Numbered from the stretch's first letter, positions 49,301 to 59,767 are shown. The stretch: DNA of 64,000 nucleotides from an uncultured delta proteobacterium (GCA_963716725.1 CAVQUB010000009.1:192001-256000), one strand, 5' to 3'. Translations and numbers: made by a program. The notes: generated by a model from the sequence alone, not told the origin.

Positions 49301-50520
49301 ATCCCATCGTCGTCGCGGCGGCGTGGTCCGTGGCCCGCATGCAGTCGCCGCAAGCGCGAGCGCTCTTGGGCAAAATGCTGGGCAGCGACTCCCCGAGTTT
49401 GCGCGCGCTCGGCGCCATCGGCGTCGGACTGCTGCACGACAAACGCGCTGGCGGTCAGCTGGGCGAGATCGCGCGATCGGTCGACGCCGGTCCGCTGCCC
49501 CGCGCCGCGGCGGCCTTCGCGCTGGGCGAGATCGGCGACAAGTCGCAGTCCGACGCGCTGGCGCAGCTGGCCGAGTCGAGCGACGTCGGCGCCCGAGCCG
49601 CGGCCGTCTTGGCACTGGCTCGCATCGGCGCGTCGAGTGCGCCCCGGGTCATCGCCGACGCCCTGGTCAGCGGAGACGCCTCGCTGGCCGCTGCTGCCAC
49701 CTCCGCTGCACTGGCGTTGACGACGGGAACGTACCGCTCGACTCGCGAGGCCCTGGTGGTCCCGGAGGGCCGGCTCGACGTCAGGACCCTGCTCGAGCGA
49801 CTCGTGCCCAAGGGCTACAGCGCGGAGGAACACGCCAAAGCGTTGGTGAAGCTCGCGCCAGCGCTCGGCCAGGCCAGCCTCTCGGCCGCGCAGAGTTCAC
49901 CCGAGCGAGCACGCGCAGTGGGTGACGCTTTGCTCGCGCGCAGCGGCAAGCCCGCCTTCGGTGCCTTCACGCGCGACCTCGACCAAGTGAGCGCGCCGGT
50001 CCGCGCCGAAGCCGAGAAGGCAGCCGAGTCCATCGCCGTCAGTGCCCTACCGGCATTCCTCGCGCTGGCGGGCCACCCTTCTTCGGACGTGCGCGCCCGC
50101 GCCATCCAGTTTCTGGCCACACAATCCGACCTGAAGGCGCAGGCCGCGATCGTCGAACGCCTGGACGACCCCGACGCCACCGTGCAGCGCGCAGCTCTGG
50201 CAGCCGTGGAGCGGACGCGCCCCCAAGGCGCGATCGGGGCGGTCACCACCTTGGTGACGCGAGCCAAGGCCTGGCCGGCTCGGGTGCGTGCGGCAGCGAC
50301 GCTGGCCGTGCTCGCGGCAGGGACCCACGACAAGAAGGCCGTGGAGGCGCTCAGTCGAGCTGCGCTCTCGGACAAGGTCGCGCTGGTGCGCGAGGCCGCC
50401 ATCATCGCCCTGATCAAGGTCGACGCCGAGGCGGCCCGCGGCATCGCCGCCAAGATCGCCAGCTCGGATGTCGAGCCGCGCGTTCGCGACGCGGCGCGGG
50501 GCGCGGGGGGCGTGAAGTGA
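46360..50520 (+). CDS. Large exported TPR + HEAT-repeat protein
   Basis: Signal peptide, (PGGK)n linker, long TPR run, then HEAT/PBS-like repeats. Confidence 0.9.
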   Translation: MKLRFALRPLWALVVLAMMLPSTADAQFSPGGRKKGKKPGTFQPGGRPGGKPGGKPGGKPGGKPGGKPGGEPGAEPGGEPDTEPGGKPGAKGPGKEALIKRYTGIVLAQPGSTFPLQRLAELYRERDGNVEKLISDFEKRAEAPDGWNALVALAGIYKQDGQHPRAISTYEKAISQKPNEPAAIMALANLLSDRGEKASALTRYESALPLLKNDADKEQVLRTLMQLALDLKRFDDAKKQHKALIARAKGSFYVRGELGRELMLRGDYARATAEYEDVVKAATGDNRVLGPAQRDLGRALAKQGKRKEAMEMLRKALRTAGSQAGIRREIYEITVEIYRAEDRLRDLITELEGQNATDPEQLRMLGGLYEETGQVDKALKTYKLALGKKTDDVGTRLKVVQLLQIQGELDEAIKQFEELIRAAPRNPDYVFQLAEALIQRGDRQKALDQLKKLEARSGNDEETLAALVDFYERVEEKKRAMDVLQRLAKTGRGDPRHLVELGDRLWQEGDKVKAQQTWARIKIIVPDKARANEVLGEVYLEHDMPQQALDALRESIKLQPKSVKYKKAYALALERTGASAGSVEQRNRQYDEARKIWEAIAKDAGDSNAHVAREARQHIVTLWGLAGQLEKRAVPLDRRLKQKPPDLEAGRLLAEVQIRLRRYLDAERTLDVVVKAAPGDVGSLTQLERVLVLRRKLKEAIAILQKLTEADPKRAREYFQRMASYSAELYKDDDAIRYAAKAVELSPDDAEGHRKLGEMYRRRQDTSRAINAFRQAIAKNDRLFAVYFQLAELLMGQGELDEADRLLRRVVRAAPDEELVAQAARLSVQVNLGKGTLESLERELLPVALGNPQKPLYRRLLVEIYGAMAFPLAHQAKSPDRAKADKAQAELKRIGERAVKPLLDALSDEKDQQQRTAIELLSYIENKSAGSALFAFATGTADAELRSRAMLAVSALRDPALLPKLGEVLAPGGQVRSDESDPIVVAAAWSVARMQSPQARALLGKMLGSDSPSLRALGAIGVGLLHDKRAGGQLGEIARSVDAGPLPRAAAAFALGEIGDKSQSDALAQLAESSDVGARAAAVLALARIGASSAPRVIADALVSGDASLAAAATSAALALTTGTYRSTREALVVPEGRLDVRTLLERLVPKGYSAEEHAKALVKLAPALGQASLSAAQSSPERARAVGDALLARSGKPAFGAFTRDLDQVSAPVRAEAEKAAESIAVSALPAFLALAGHPSSDVRARAIQFLATQSDLKAQAAIVERLDDPDATVQRAALAAVERTRPQGAIGAVTTLVTRAKAWPARVRAAATLAVLAAGTHDKKAVEALSRAALSDKVALVREAAIIALIKVDAEAARGIAAKIASSDVEPRVRDAARGAGGVK
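46489..46630 (+). repeat. 12-bp coding repeat (PGGK/PGGE)
   Basis: CCCGGCGGCAAG units and variants. Confidence 0.85.
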
Positions 50521-51041
50521 GCCACCGCTTCGGGACGATGTTCGCAGCCTCCCTCATCTCTCTCGGCTGCACGACGTTGGATCGCTTCGACACCAAGGAC
50601 GGGGAGGCGTACTGCGGCGACATCGTCAGCGCGGCCTTCGTGCGTGAGGGGTTCCCTCCGGATCTGCGCGTGCGCATGACGCTCGACACGGACGCCCTCT
50701 CCACCGTTCCGGGCACCCTGACCACCGACGACGCAGCCACCGGTCCTTGCGCGCCCAAGCCGCGCCTCGACGCCGCTCCGCTGCGCGTCACCGAGGCCAT
50801 GCTGCACGACCCGCTCTCGACCTTCGACTTCGGCACCGGGCGCGACCACAACTTCATGGCCTGGGTGGACTCGACCTGCGAAGGCCCGCTGATGACAGTC
50901 GTCTCGCTGCAGCGCAACGACGACGTGGAGGTCCGATTGATGAAACCGCCCGGACCGCCGGTCACCCCGGGCGAGGAGCCGCCCCAGGCCGGCTTCGCCT
51001 TGTTCCAGCTCACGCGCCGTCAGGGCGACTGCGGATTCTGA
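50517..51041 (+). CDS. Hypothetical lipoprotein
   Basis: SLGC lipobox; GTGA overlap with the upstream gene. Confidence 0.75.
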   Translation: MSHRFGTMFAASLISLGCTTLDRFDTKDGEAYCGDIVSAAFVREGFPPDLRVRMTLDTDALSTVPGTLTTDDAATGPCAPKPRLDAAPLRVTEAMLHDPLSTFDFGTGRDHNFMAWVDSTCEGPLMTVVSLQRNDDVEVRLMKPPGPPVTPGEEPPQAGFALFQLTRRQGDCGF

Positions 51042-51051
51042 GAGCGCACGA

Positions 51052-52110
51052 ATGCTGGTCCTCGGCCTCGAGACCTCCTGTGACGACACTGGCGCGGCCA
51101 TCGTCGACGACGCAGGACGCGTGCTCGCCGACGTGGTGCAGAGCCAGGTCGTGCACGCCGAGTTCGGCGGCATCGTGCCGGAGCTCGCATCGCGCGATCA
51201 CTTGAAGAACGGCGGACCGGTGTTGCGTGCTGCCCTCGCGAAAGCGGGCGTGACCCTGGCGGACATCGACGGCATCGCGGTGACCTGCCGACCGGGCCTC
51301 TCAGGCGCGCTCCTGGTCGGAGTGCAGCTCGCCCGCGGCCTGGCGTGGGCGACGCGCAAGCCCGTGGTCGGCGTCGATCACCTGGTCGGACACCTGCTCG
51401 CGGTCTTCCTGTCGTATCCGGATCTCACTCCCGTCGAGCCGCCGGAGTTCCCCTTCGTGGCGCTCTTGGCTTCGGGCGGGCACACGGCGCTGTACCGCGT
51501 GGACGGTCTCGAGATGCAGTCGGTGCGCGAGCTCGGCGCCACGCGCGACGACGCGGCCGGAGAGGCCTTCGACAAGGTGGCGAAGGTGCTCGGGCTCGGC
51601 TACCCGGGCGGCCCCGTGATCGATCGCCTGGCGAAGGAAGGCAACCCGGACGGCGTGCCCCTCGCGCGACCCATGGCCGGCAAGCACAGCCTCGAGTTCA
51701 GCTTCAGCGGCCTCAAGACCAGCGTCGCCCGCTGGGTCGAGGCCAACGGCCGACCGGGTGACGATCAAACCCTGCGCGACCTGTGCGCGACCTTCCAGCG
51801 CCGCGTGGTGGACACGCTGGTCAAGAAGGCCGTGCGCGCAGCCGAGCAAGAAGGCGTGAACAGCTTGGTGCTCGCCGGCGGCGTCGCGGCCAACCGCGAG
51901 CTGCGCGAGCGCGCAACGGCGGCGGGCGAGAAGGTGGGCCTGCGCGTGGTTGTGCCGCCCTTCCGCGCGTGCACCGACAACGCCGCGATGATCGCCTACG
52001 CCGGCCTGGCGCGTCTCACGCGCGGCGAGGACGACTCCGAGACGCTGACCGTGAGCCCGCGCACGGCGCTGGCGACGGTGACGAAGAAGGGCAGCGGGCG
52101 GAGGGGATGA
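51052..52110 (+). CDS. tsaD: tRNA N6-adenosine threonylcarbamoyltransferase
   Basis: LGLETSCDDT, GGIVPELASRDH, HLVGH, SGGHT, DDAAGEAFDK, FSFSGLKT, CTDNAAMI. Confidence 0.97.
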   Translation: MLVLGLETSCDDTGAAIVDDAGRVLADVVQSQVVHAEFGGIVPELASRDHLKNGGPVLRAALAKAGVTLADIDGIAVTCRPGLSGALLVGVQLARGLAWATRKPVVGVDHLVGHLLAVFLSYPDLTPVEPPEFPFVALLASGGHTALYRVDGLEMQSVRELGATRDDAAGEAFDKVAKVLGLGYPGGPVIDRLAKEGNPDGVPLARPMAGKHSLEFSFSGLKTSVARWVEANGRPGDDQTLRDLCATFQRRVVDTLVKKAVRAAEQEGVNSLVLAGGVAANRELRERATAAGEKVGLRVVVPPFRACTDNAAMIAYAGLARLTRGEDDSETLTVSPRTALATVTKKGSGRRG

Positions 52111-52143
52111 GCGCGCCCTGGCGGCGGAGAGCACGCCCGCCGA

Positions 52144-52581
52144 TCAGAACTGGACCGTGGCCCTCTTGCTAGTCCCGCTGCAACCGTGATCGAGGGTCTC
52201 GTACGTCACGGCCTGCTGATCCTCGAACACGACCGCCTTCGCCTGGTCCGTGACGCGAAGCAGCCAGACATCGCCGTCTTTTGGAGAATTGGCTTTCATC
52301 GACGCGGAGAGCACCCACTCCGTCTGCTCCTGCGTGTAGCTGGTCGACACACCGAAGGTGATGGTGCTCGTGCTGGTCATCTCGGCAGAGCCGCAGTCGG
52401 CGTTCTGGCACACGGTCACCGTCCAGGCCGCGCCGCCGATGGGTGGCATCGGCGCGCTGAGCGTCACGCGGTCCTCGTACAGCATGCCGGAGCACTGCTC
52501 ACCGCTGCACCCCAAGAGCGCCAGCGACGCGGCGAGCGAAGCGCCAGCGAACGCCCCTGAGAGCCGAACCCACACCGTCAT
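52144..52581 (-). CDS. Small hypothetical lipoprotein
   Basis: LLGC lipobox; overlaps the upstream stop. Confidence 0.75.
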   Translation of the reverse strand: MTVWVRLSGAFAGASLAASLALLGCSGEQCSGMLYEDRVTLSAPMPPIGGAAWTVTVCQNADCGSAEMTSTSTITFGVSTSYTQEQTEWVLSASMKANSPKDGDVWLLRVTDQAKAVVFEDQQAVTYETLDHGCSGTSKRATVQF

Positions 52582-53984
52582 TTCGTCGCCTTTCCCCAGG
52601 AGTCTAGCTCAGTGAGCCGGATGCGGCGAATGCGCTGGAGGTACTGATCGTGGTTCACGCCCGGCAGCCTCTCGCCGAAGTAGAGCCAGGTGTCGTCGAG
52701 CGTCCAGGTCGTGTACTGAATTGCGTACCCGAGCGCGGTTGCGACACGCCAGGCCTTTCCCGTGGTGAGGTTCACTACGAGCAGCCAGGTGGACTCGTAG
52801 TCGATCCCGGCGCCGGGAGCACGGTCGAGGACGGTAACGACCGCGAAGTCGCCCCGCGTCCGGAGCGTGGCGCCGACTACCATCACCTGGCTGGCGATGA
52901 CCGGAGACACGACCGGCTGAGCGCCCGCCGCGTAAGTGCGCGGCATGTGCCAGAAGCGAACCGAGGTGCTGAGCGGAACCTTGGGGTCGGGATCGACGGC
53001 GACGCCCACGATGCGCGTTGCGGAAGGCTGTACCAATTCGGTTTTGCTCGGAGCCTTCTCCAGCAAGGTACGCACGCCCTTGCTGTCGGGCGCCCAACCT
53101 CGAATGCGATCGGAGTTCGTCTCGGTCCAGACCGCGAGATCGCCGTCACCCCCGCCCAGCCACGCGGTCGACGGTGCTTCGATGGTGGTCCACTCGCTCT
53201 TCGTCATGTCGAGGAGCGCGTAGACCCCGCCGGCGCCAAAGCGGAAGTAGGTCCCATCCGTCATGAAATCGCCCTTGCCCGGGGGGACGGACGCCGCGGC
53301 CTGCGATGGCAGGGCCCACGTCCAGGCCGCGCTGGAGCTCAGCGACGCGACGCCGACGAGCTCGCGCTCTGGGGGTATCGTCCTCGATGGCAGGACGCGC
53401 CGCGCGGAGTTCTGGCTCAGACCCATCAGGCAGCGCGCTTCGGAGCCGTGCCCGCGATCGTCTTGGAGGAGCGCCGCCACCGTAACTCCGTCCGACAGCC
53501 TCACCACCCGCGAGAGCAGCTTGGCCGAGACGTCGTCTTTCATGAAGAAGCTGAAGCGAGCGTAGGCCACCCCCTGGGTGGTGCTGGCGGCGACGGCGCT
53601 GGCCTCCGCCACCGGGTAATCCTGAACCACGTCAGCGAGCTCGCAGCCCGGGCCGCTGGGCTCCCAGCTCAGCGGCGCGAACGACAGCGTGCCCGCCGCG
53701 GCCTGGAAGTACCAGCACTCCGGCCCCGTGAACTCCGAGCCTGGCACTAGCTGCCAGGTCGCGCCCAGCACCTCCGGTGGGGTCACGTCGGCCGCGACAT
53801 CTTTGAAGACATCGCTCGCAGCGGCCTCGGCAGCGGGCGAGTCGCCCAACCCGAGGTCGTCGCCCGAGCCGTCGTGAGGATGCAGCGTGCCCGATCGGTC
53901 GTCCGGGGCGGAGCCTCGGGAGCATGCGTGGACGGCGACCAGCGGGGCAACGGCACAGGCCAGGGCCGCAGCGATGCGCTTCAC
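52578..53984 (-). CDS. Hypothetical exported beta-rich lipoprotein
   Basis: GTG start overlaps the protease stop; VHAC lipobox. Confidence 0.75.
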   Translation of the reverse strand: MKRIAAALACAVAPLVAVHACSRGSAPDDRSGTLHPHDGSGDDLGLGDSPAAEAAASDVFKDVAADVTPPEVLGATWQLVPGSEFTGPECWYFQAAAGTLSFAPLSWEPSGPGCELADVVQDYPVAEASAVAASTTQGVAYARFSFFMKDDVSAKLLSRVVRLSDGVTVAALLQDDRGHGSEARCLMGLSQNSARRVLPSRTIPPERELVGVASLSSSAAWTWALPSQAAASVPPGKGDFMTDGTYFRFGAGGVYALLDMTKSEWTTIEAPSTAWLGGGDGDLAVWTETNSDRIRGWAPDSKGVRTLLEKAPSKTELVQPSATRIVGVAVDPDPKVPLSTSVRFWHMPRTYAAGAQPVVSPVIASQVMVVGATLRTRGDFAVVTVLDRAPGAGIDYESTWLLVVNLTTGKAWRVATALGYAIQYTTWTLDDTWLYFGERLPGVNHDQYLQRIRRIRLTELDSWGKATK

Positions 53985-56900
53985 AGCGCGCCGCACGGCG
54001 GTCCTCCATGAAACCGCTCGACACCGAGATCGATCACCTCGAGCTGCCCGGGACTGCCCTCGACCGCTAGGAAGAGTCGGTCTTCGCCCATGACGGGCCC
54101 GGTCCGGACTCGACCCTTCGCGGTGAACACGCCCTTGAACTGCGCTTTCTGGCCGCGCCCGTCGATGCGCCACACCGCGTGTGTCTGCTGCGCGCTCGTG
54201 ACCAGCGCGAGCATCCCGTCGGGCATCACGGCGATCGCAGCGAACAGCTTGTTCACGTACGGCACGCGCATCAGCACCGTGGAGGTCTCGCTCGCGAGGT
54301 CCATGCGATAGAGCCGCGCAAACTTCAGCTGCGGACCGATGGAATCGTTGTCATCGACATCGAGCACGTAGAGGTGTTGTCCGTCCGGGGCGTAGCCGAC
54401 GGAGAGCACGTTCGTGGACGGTGCCGGAGGCGCCACGTTCACGAGCTGCCAGCGGCGCTGATCGAGATCCCACTCCCAGACCGTACCCGCAGCCCTCCCG
54501 CTGGAGAGACGCCCGCCGACCATGTAGACGCTGCCTTCAACGGCGGAAAAGACCCCGCTGGTGCCCTGCAACGCCGGCGGCCCGTCCGAGGTCGCCGCTG
54601 CCGCCAGGATCCCGTCGTCCGTGCGACGCGCCACGCTGACGCCGGCGCTGGTCATCGCGATTCCGACCGGAGCGGCTCCACCGAAGTCCTTCGGCAGCGC
54701 GATGGCGTGGATGCCGCCTCGCACCGCGGTGGAGATGCTCTGGCGTGCAACGACCAAGGGCTCGACCGCGCTCAGCCAGCGGGCTCCGCTCTTGAGGAGA
54801 GTGAACGCCGCGGAGTCAAAGTACGAGGTGACATCGATACCGCTGCCGAGCGCCGTGGCCGCGAAGACGGAGCCGGCCGAATCGATGAGCAGGGGAGCGG
54901 GCTTGGCAAACAGCCCGGGGAACCCGAACGGATCCGGATCGTGCAGGTACTCCGGGAGCCACTGCCCCGGCAGGCACGGCACCTTGCAGGTCAGCACCGG
55001 CTTGGGGATCACCGGCGTCAGCCCGGGCGTGTCGAGCATCGCGAAGACGTCGCCCAGCACGTGGTTCTGCTCGCGCGTGCTGGCGTAGGGCGCCGCCTTC
55101 TGCGTGCCCGTGAAGAGAACGCCGTGAGTCTTGCAGTCCCGGATGCTGGTGCCCGGGCAGGTACCGAGGCCGGTCACCTTCCCAGCGACGACGTCGGCGC
55201 GCCATGGCCACTTCACTGTCTTCGGGATGCCGGGGCTGAGCTGGCTGGTCTGGAACGGCTTGGCACTCGTGAGTCCCACAGCGTCGACGTAGGCAGCGCC
55301 GACAGAGTCGGTGACCGTGATGGTGGTCCAGACTGGCGAACCGAGCGGATTGGCGATCGGACACGGCCCACCAGGTTTCGTGCACTTCCCAAAATCCACC
55401 TCCGTGCCATCGACCACACACGTGCAATGTCGGTACGCGACCTGCCGCTGGACGTTCTTGGGCAGCGGGTTCGCGAGGTCTGCCCCCAACCAGCCGTTCT
55501 GGAAGATGTCCGCGACGTCGTCCGGTCCCGTTCCGTCGCCAGGCGTGTAACCGCCGTTCGTCCCGATGGGGATCTGGATGCCCGCCTTCTGCGCTGCGAT
55601 GCGCACGATGGGCACCGGATCGCAGGCGTCCGCCAGGTTCTCGACCGTGGAGTTCAGCTGCTTCTCTCGCTCCTCGGCCAGGAGGTTCGAGTTGGTCTGA
55701 TCGGGAGTCTGGTATCCCGCGCACTGGTCGCACGCGTCGGCGACGCCGTCCGAATCCGAGTCGGTGGGCGAGGCGCAGTAGCCGAGCGGCGCTCCGGGCT
55801 CGATCAAGCACACGCTCTTGAAGCAGAACCCGCTGTTGGCGCAGGTCGCGTACGGGTTCGGCTTCTCACAGAAGTCGCAGGCGTCCCCAACACCGTCGTG
55901 GTCCGCGTCCACCTCCACGGTGGTGAGAAACGCCGGCGCTCCTGCCTTGCTGTTCGGGCACAGGTCGCAGGCATCGCCTCGGGAGTCCCCATCGAGGTCG
56001 CCCTGGCCCGGGTTGAAACACGTCACGTGGGGAGGGATCCCGCCCGCCGCAACCATCGAGTCGCATACGATCTTTGGGCAGCTGTCACAGGCTTCGCCCA
56101 CACCGTCTCCGTCGGAGTCGAGCTGGTCGGGATTGACGCAGTCTTCTGGGTCGAGCGTGGTGCTCTTGGCGCATCGGCTGGCGGGGCAGTTGTCGATGGC
56201 GTCCGGGACACCGTCGCCGTCTGCATCGCTCCCGAGGCAATTGTTGACGATCCAGGCGCCGTTGTTGGTGCCACTGGGATTGCCAGTGGGGGCCCAGACA
56301 GTGTGGCTCGAGCCGTCGTGGGGAAAGCCGTCCCACCAATATCCCGAATACACGCCAACCACCTCCGGCCCCGCTACGCCTGTCATGACCAAGGGACCGC
56401 CGGAGTCGCCTTTTTCCGGCTGAGGATTTGCATTCCGCTCCACATCCCAAACCCAATCGTCGAAGCAGTGTCCCTCACCGGGGTCCCCGCACCCGTCGAA
56501 GCGGAGCACCAGATCTGATGGCGCCGAGCCCCACCGTCTGTTTCCGTCTGCAAGTGTCGACGCCTGTTTGAAGGACGTGACGTAGCTGCCAAACCCGGCG
56601 ATGAAACCCGGAAACTTGATCTTCCCGGTATCGACGCCTTTCTTCATCCCGCCGGTGAACACCCGCGGATACGCCGCCACGAGCGCCTTCGACACCGGCG
56701 TGCTCAAGAATGCGCACGCCACGTCGTGCGCGTCCGGTCTGGCGCCGGTGATGCGCTTCCAGGACTGGACTGCGAACAGCGGTCCGCTGGGGCCGGAGTT
56801 GACGGGCGGACCCGTGGGGATGACGAAGCTCCCAGCCCCGAGGGAGGGAACGCCGTCGAAGCAGTGGCCCGCGCTCAGGACGACGCTCGGCGCGATGAGC

Positions 56901-57209
56901 GTCCCGGTGCAGCTCCCTGCCGTGAGTTGGAGCTGCCCGACCGCGGGCATCCACGCGTTCGAGAACCCGGCGGACGCTAGCATCTGGATCGACGCCAGCG
57001 CCCGGCTCGTCACCCCCATCGGGTTCCCGGCGCAGCGCGACCGCCGGACGCGACGCGGGAGCGGGCGGCGCGAGGCTCGCGCCCGAAGCGCTAACGCCAC
57101 CAGGCTTGGCGCCCGGCTGCGGGGCAGGCGTCGCAGACGTACAGGCGATGCAAATGTTCGCGAGCACGATCACGACTTGGCGAAGCGCGTAAGAAACTCG
57201 ACCCGCCAA
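53981..57209 (-). CDS. Trypsin-like (S1) serine protease with TSP3 repeats and C-terminal propeller-like region; signal peptide in another frame
   Basis: CTGTLI, SAGHC, HDVA, GDSGGPL; DxDGDGxxDxCD repeats; leader VVIVLANICIAC (from 57209) is +1 out of frame near 57040; in-frame ATG at 57019. Confidence 0.85.
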
Positions 57210-57239
57210 TTCCCACCGGCTCCCAGGCTACGCGGCCGG

Positions 57240-57752
57240 TCAACGAAGCGCCAGGCCGACGAGCTCGGTCCGGCTGCGAAGGCCCAGCTTACGAAGCCCA
57301 CGCCGCAGGCGCTCGCTCACCGACGAGATGCTGATCTCGAGTTCGAACGCGATTTGTTTGTAGCCGTGAGCCTGGGCGGCGAGCGCGAGCACCTGCAGCT
57401 CGTCATTGGCCAGCGCGGACGCTCTCGAGGTCGTGCGACGCGCGACCAGAAATCGCTTCCCGTCGCGATCGGCGTGGTCCACGACCGACCACTCCCCGGA
57501 CACGATCGCACGCCAGCCTTCGCCATCCTGCTCTGACGATCGGCCACCCACCCGTGCCGCGGCGCGCGCGAGGTCGACCAGGGTGCCGGGCTCGGACCGA
57601 AGCTCCCCGTGGACAGGGCGTGGGCCGCTCTCGCCGACGATCGCCAGACCCCGCTCGGTGTCGTTCGCCGCGCGGTTCAGCAGCTCCGGGATGTGGCGGT
57701 CCGGCAGCGGCAGCTCGCCCTGCCTCTCGACCGATTCGCCTCGCGTCGCCAT
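57240..57752 (-). CDS. LuxR-family HTH regulator
   Basis: GGAGG RBS; ELQVLALAAQAHGYKQIAFELEISISSVSERLRRGLRKLG. Confidence 0.85.
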   Translation of the reverse strand: MATRGESVERQGELPLPDRHIPELLNRAANDTERGLAIVGESGPRPVHGELRSEPGTLVDLARAAARVGGRSSEQDGEGWRAIVSGEWSVVDHADRDGKRFLVARRTTSRASALANDELQVLALAAQAHGYKQIAFELEISISSVSERLRRGLRKLGLRSRTELVGLALR

Positions 57753-58109
57753 CCATCCTCCGAGACGACAGAAGCCGCCGGATCCGGATGTGAAGGACGA
57801 TTGTTCATGAGCCTTGCCCAGAAGCCACAGCGGGCTGGGCGCGCGCCTGCGCCGTCCGAGCCTTTGGGCGCCAGGGCGGGGTGCGCACCTCTCCCACCCT
57901 TCTTCGTCAGGCGTCGCGCTTCGCCGCGGGGTGAGACGCGGCCTTGGTGATATACGTCCATGGGAGGGGCAAGTGGGAGTTCCGCGGGAAGCTGCTCGGG
58001 TGCGGAGGTCAATCGCCGAAGGGCGTGTCGGTTGCAGTCGTCGGGCGATGCGCTGGCGCAGCCACGACGCTAGTCACGCGCATGGGGCTTGGACGGGAGG
58101 GTGGTCACC

Positions 58110-59282
58110 ATGAAACGAGCTGCTGCGTTCGTGTTGGGATTGATGCTCGTCGGCAGCGCCTGCGGCTCGGACGACGGCGATGGGGCGAGCCCCAAGTGCT
58201 CGCAGGGCGCGACACGCGCGTGCGTGGGGCCGGGCGCATGCACCGGAGCGCAGAACTGCGGCGCCGATGGCAAATGGGGCGCGTGCGATTGCGGCGGTGG
58301 CCTTGGAGGTAGCTCGGGCACAACCGGTGGTGATGGCGGCGGCGGCGCTGGCGCAAACGGCGGAGGGACCGGCGCTGTCACGGGAGGGACCGGCGGTAGC
58401 GCAGGAGACGCGACCCCGGGCGGAAGCGCGGGCACGAGCGGCAGCGACGCGTCCCTGGGAGGTGCCGGCGGGTCGGGGGGCATTGGCGGCTTGGTCGCGG
58501 ACGCTGCTTCGGACGTTCCCAGCGAGGGTTCCGAAGGCGCGGCGGGCTGCGCGGTGGGCGGACAGTCCTGTCAGGCGTACGCGGATTGCTGCAGCGAATC
58601 CTGCTCCAACGGCACCTGCAGTTCGTGCATTGCGGAGAACGGCGCATGCAGTGGCACGTCCGATTGCTGCAAGCAGCCGAAGCTCGCCTGCTACAAGGCG
58701 AAGTGTCGGACTTGTAAGCCCGACGGCCAGGGGTGTCAGCTCACGCAGGACTGCTGCTCCGGGCGGTGCGCGAGCGGCACGTGCATCGCGTGTGCGGACC
58801 CCGGCTGGTCCTGCGGCAACTCGTCCGAGTGTTGCGAGGGCGTGCCCTGCACTTCGGGCAAGTGCTGCTCGCCGCTCGGCGGGTCGTGTGCCCTGGGGGG
58901 CTGTTGTCTCGGGCTCTCCTGCGCTGCCGGCAAATGCTGCAAATCGGCCGGTGACACGTGCTCATCGTCGTCGGATTGCTGCTCGGGAGGGTGCGTCAAC
59001 GGCGTTTGCTGCGCCGGAACGAAGGACTCCTGTCAGAAAGCACCCTGCTGCGACACGTCGTTGACTTGCACGCCGTCCTATCAATGCTGCAAGCCGCTCG
59101 GATCGTCGTGTGGCTCGGCCAGCGAGTGCTGCGCAACGAGCGCGCCGGCTGCGACGGCTTGCGCCGCCGGGAAGTGCTGCATGCCGAAAGGCAACTACTG
59201 CATGGGGCAGAACTCACAGTGCTGTTCGGGTGTCTGCGAGGTTCCCGATGGAGGTTTCATCATCTTCTCCACCTGCAAGTGA
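58110..59282 (+). CDS. Very Cys-rich lipoprotein (tandem CC-containing mini-modules)
   Basis: GSAC lipobox, Gly linker, repeated G..C.....CC...C..G.C units. Confidence 0.85.
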   Translation: MKRAAAFVLGLMLVGSACGSDDGDGASPKCSQGATRACVGPGACTGAQNCGADGKWGACDCGGGLGGSSGTTGGDGGGGAGANGGGTGAVTGGTGGSAGDATPGGSAGTSGSDASLGGAGGSGGIGGLVADAASDVPSEGSEGAAGCAVGGQSCQAYADCCSESCSNGTCSSCIAENGACSGTSDCCKQPKLACYKAKCRTCKPDGQGCQLTQDCCSGRCASGTCIACADPGWSCGNSSECCEGVPCTSGKCCSPLGGSCALGGCCLGLSCAAGKCCKSAGDTCSSSSDCCSGGCVNGVCCAGTKDSCQKAPCCDTSLTCTPSYQCCKPLGSSCGSASECCATSAPAATACAAGKCCMPKGNYCMGQNSQCCSGVCEVPDGGFIIFSTCK

Positions 59283-59308
59283 CCAGCTCAGGTCGGCTCA
59301 GGCGCGGT

Positions 59309-59767
59309 TCAGGGTCGTGACGACACGGGCTCGTTCGCGCGCCCGGAACGCATGAACGCCTGCAGCTCGGCGTCGGCGGTGTGCTCGTGATCCCGGAACC
59401 AATTCACGAGCTGCTGCGCGACCGCGGGCACGAGGGGCCCACCGCCCGAGACGTTCTCCTCGCGAAGGGTCTCCAGATGACGCAGCAGCTTGCCGTGTCG
59501 CAAGCGGTGATCGTCCAGTTGTGGGTACCCCGCTCGACCCATCGCGTACTCTTCGGCCGCGAAGTGCTGGCTCACGTCGCTGATGATCACCTCCAGTAGC
59601 GATTGCACCTGCGGCAGTCCGTGCTGCGTTGAAGTCAATCGCTCGAGCCGCGAGAGCAGGCCGGCCAGGTGACCGTGTTGCACCGAGGGGTCATCCGGGA
59701 ACGTGGGGCGGTCCTCGGATTCGCCATCGGCATCGTCATCGTCGAGCAGCATAAGGAGCGTAGACAT
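59309..59767 (-). CDS. Hemerythrin-domain protein
   Basis: QH...HFAAEE...YP...HRLRH...WFRDHEHTAD iron-ligand pattern. Confidence 0.88.
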   Translation of the reverse strand: MSTLLMLLDDDDADGESEDRPTFPDDPSVQHGHLAGLLSRLERLTSTQHGLPQVQSLLEVIISDVSQHFAAEEYAMGRAGYPQLDDHRLRHGKLLRHLETLREENVSGGGPLVPAVAQQLVNWFRDHEHTADAELQAFMRSGRANEPVSSRP

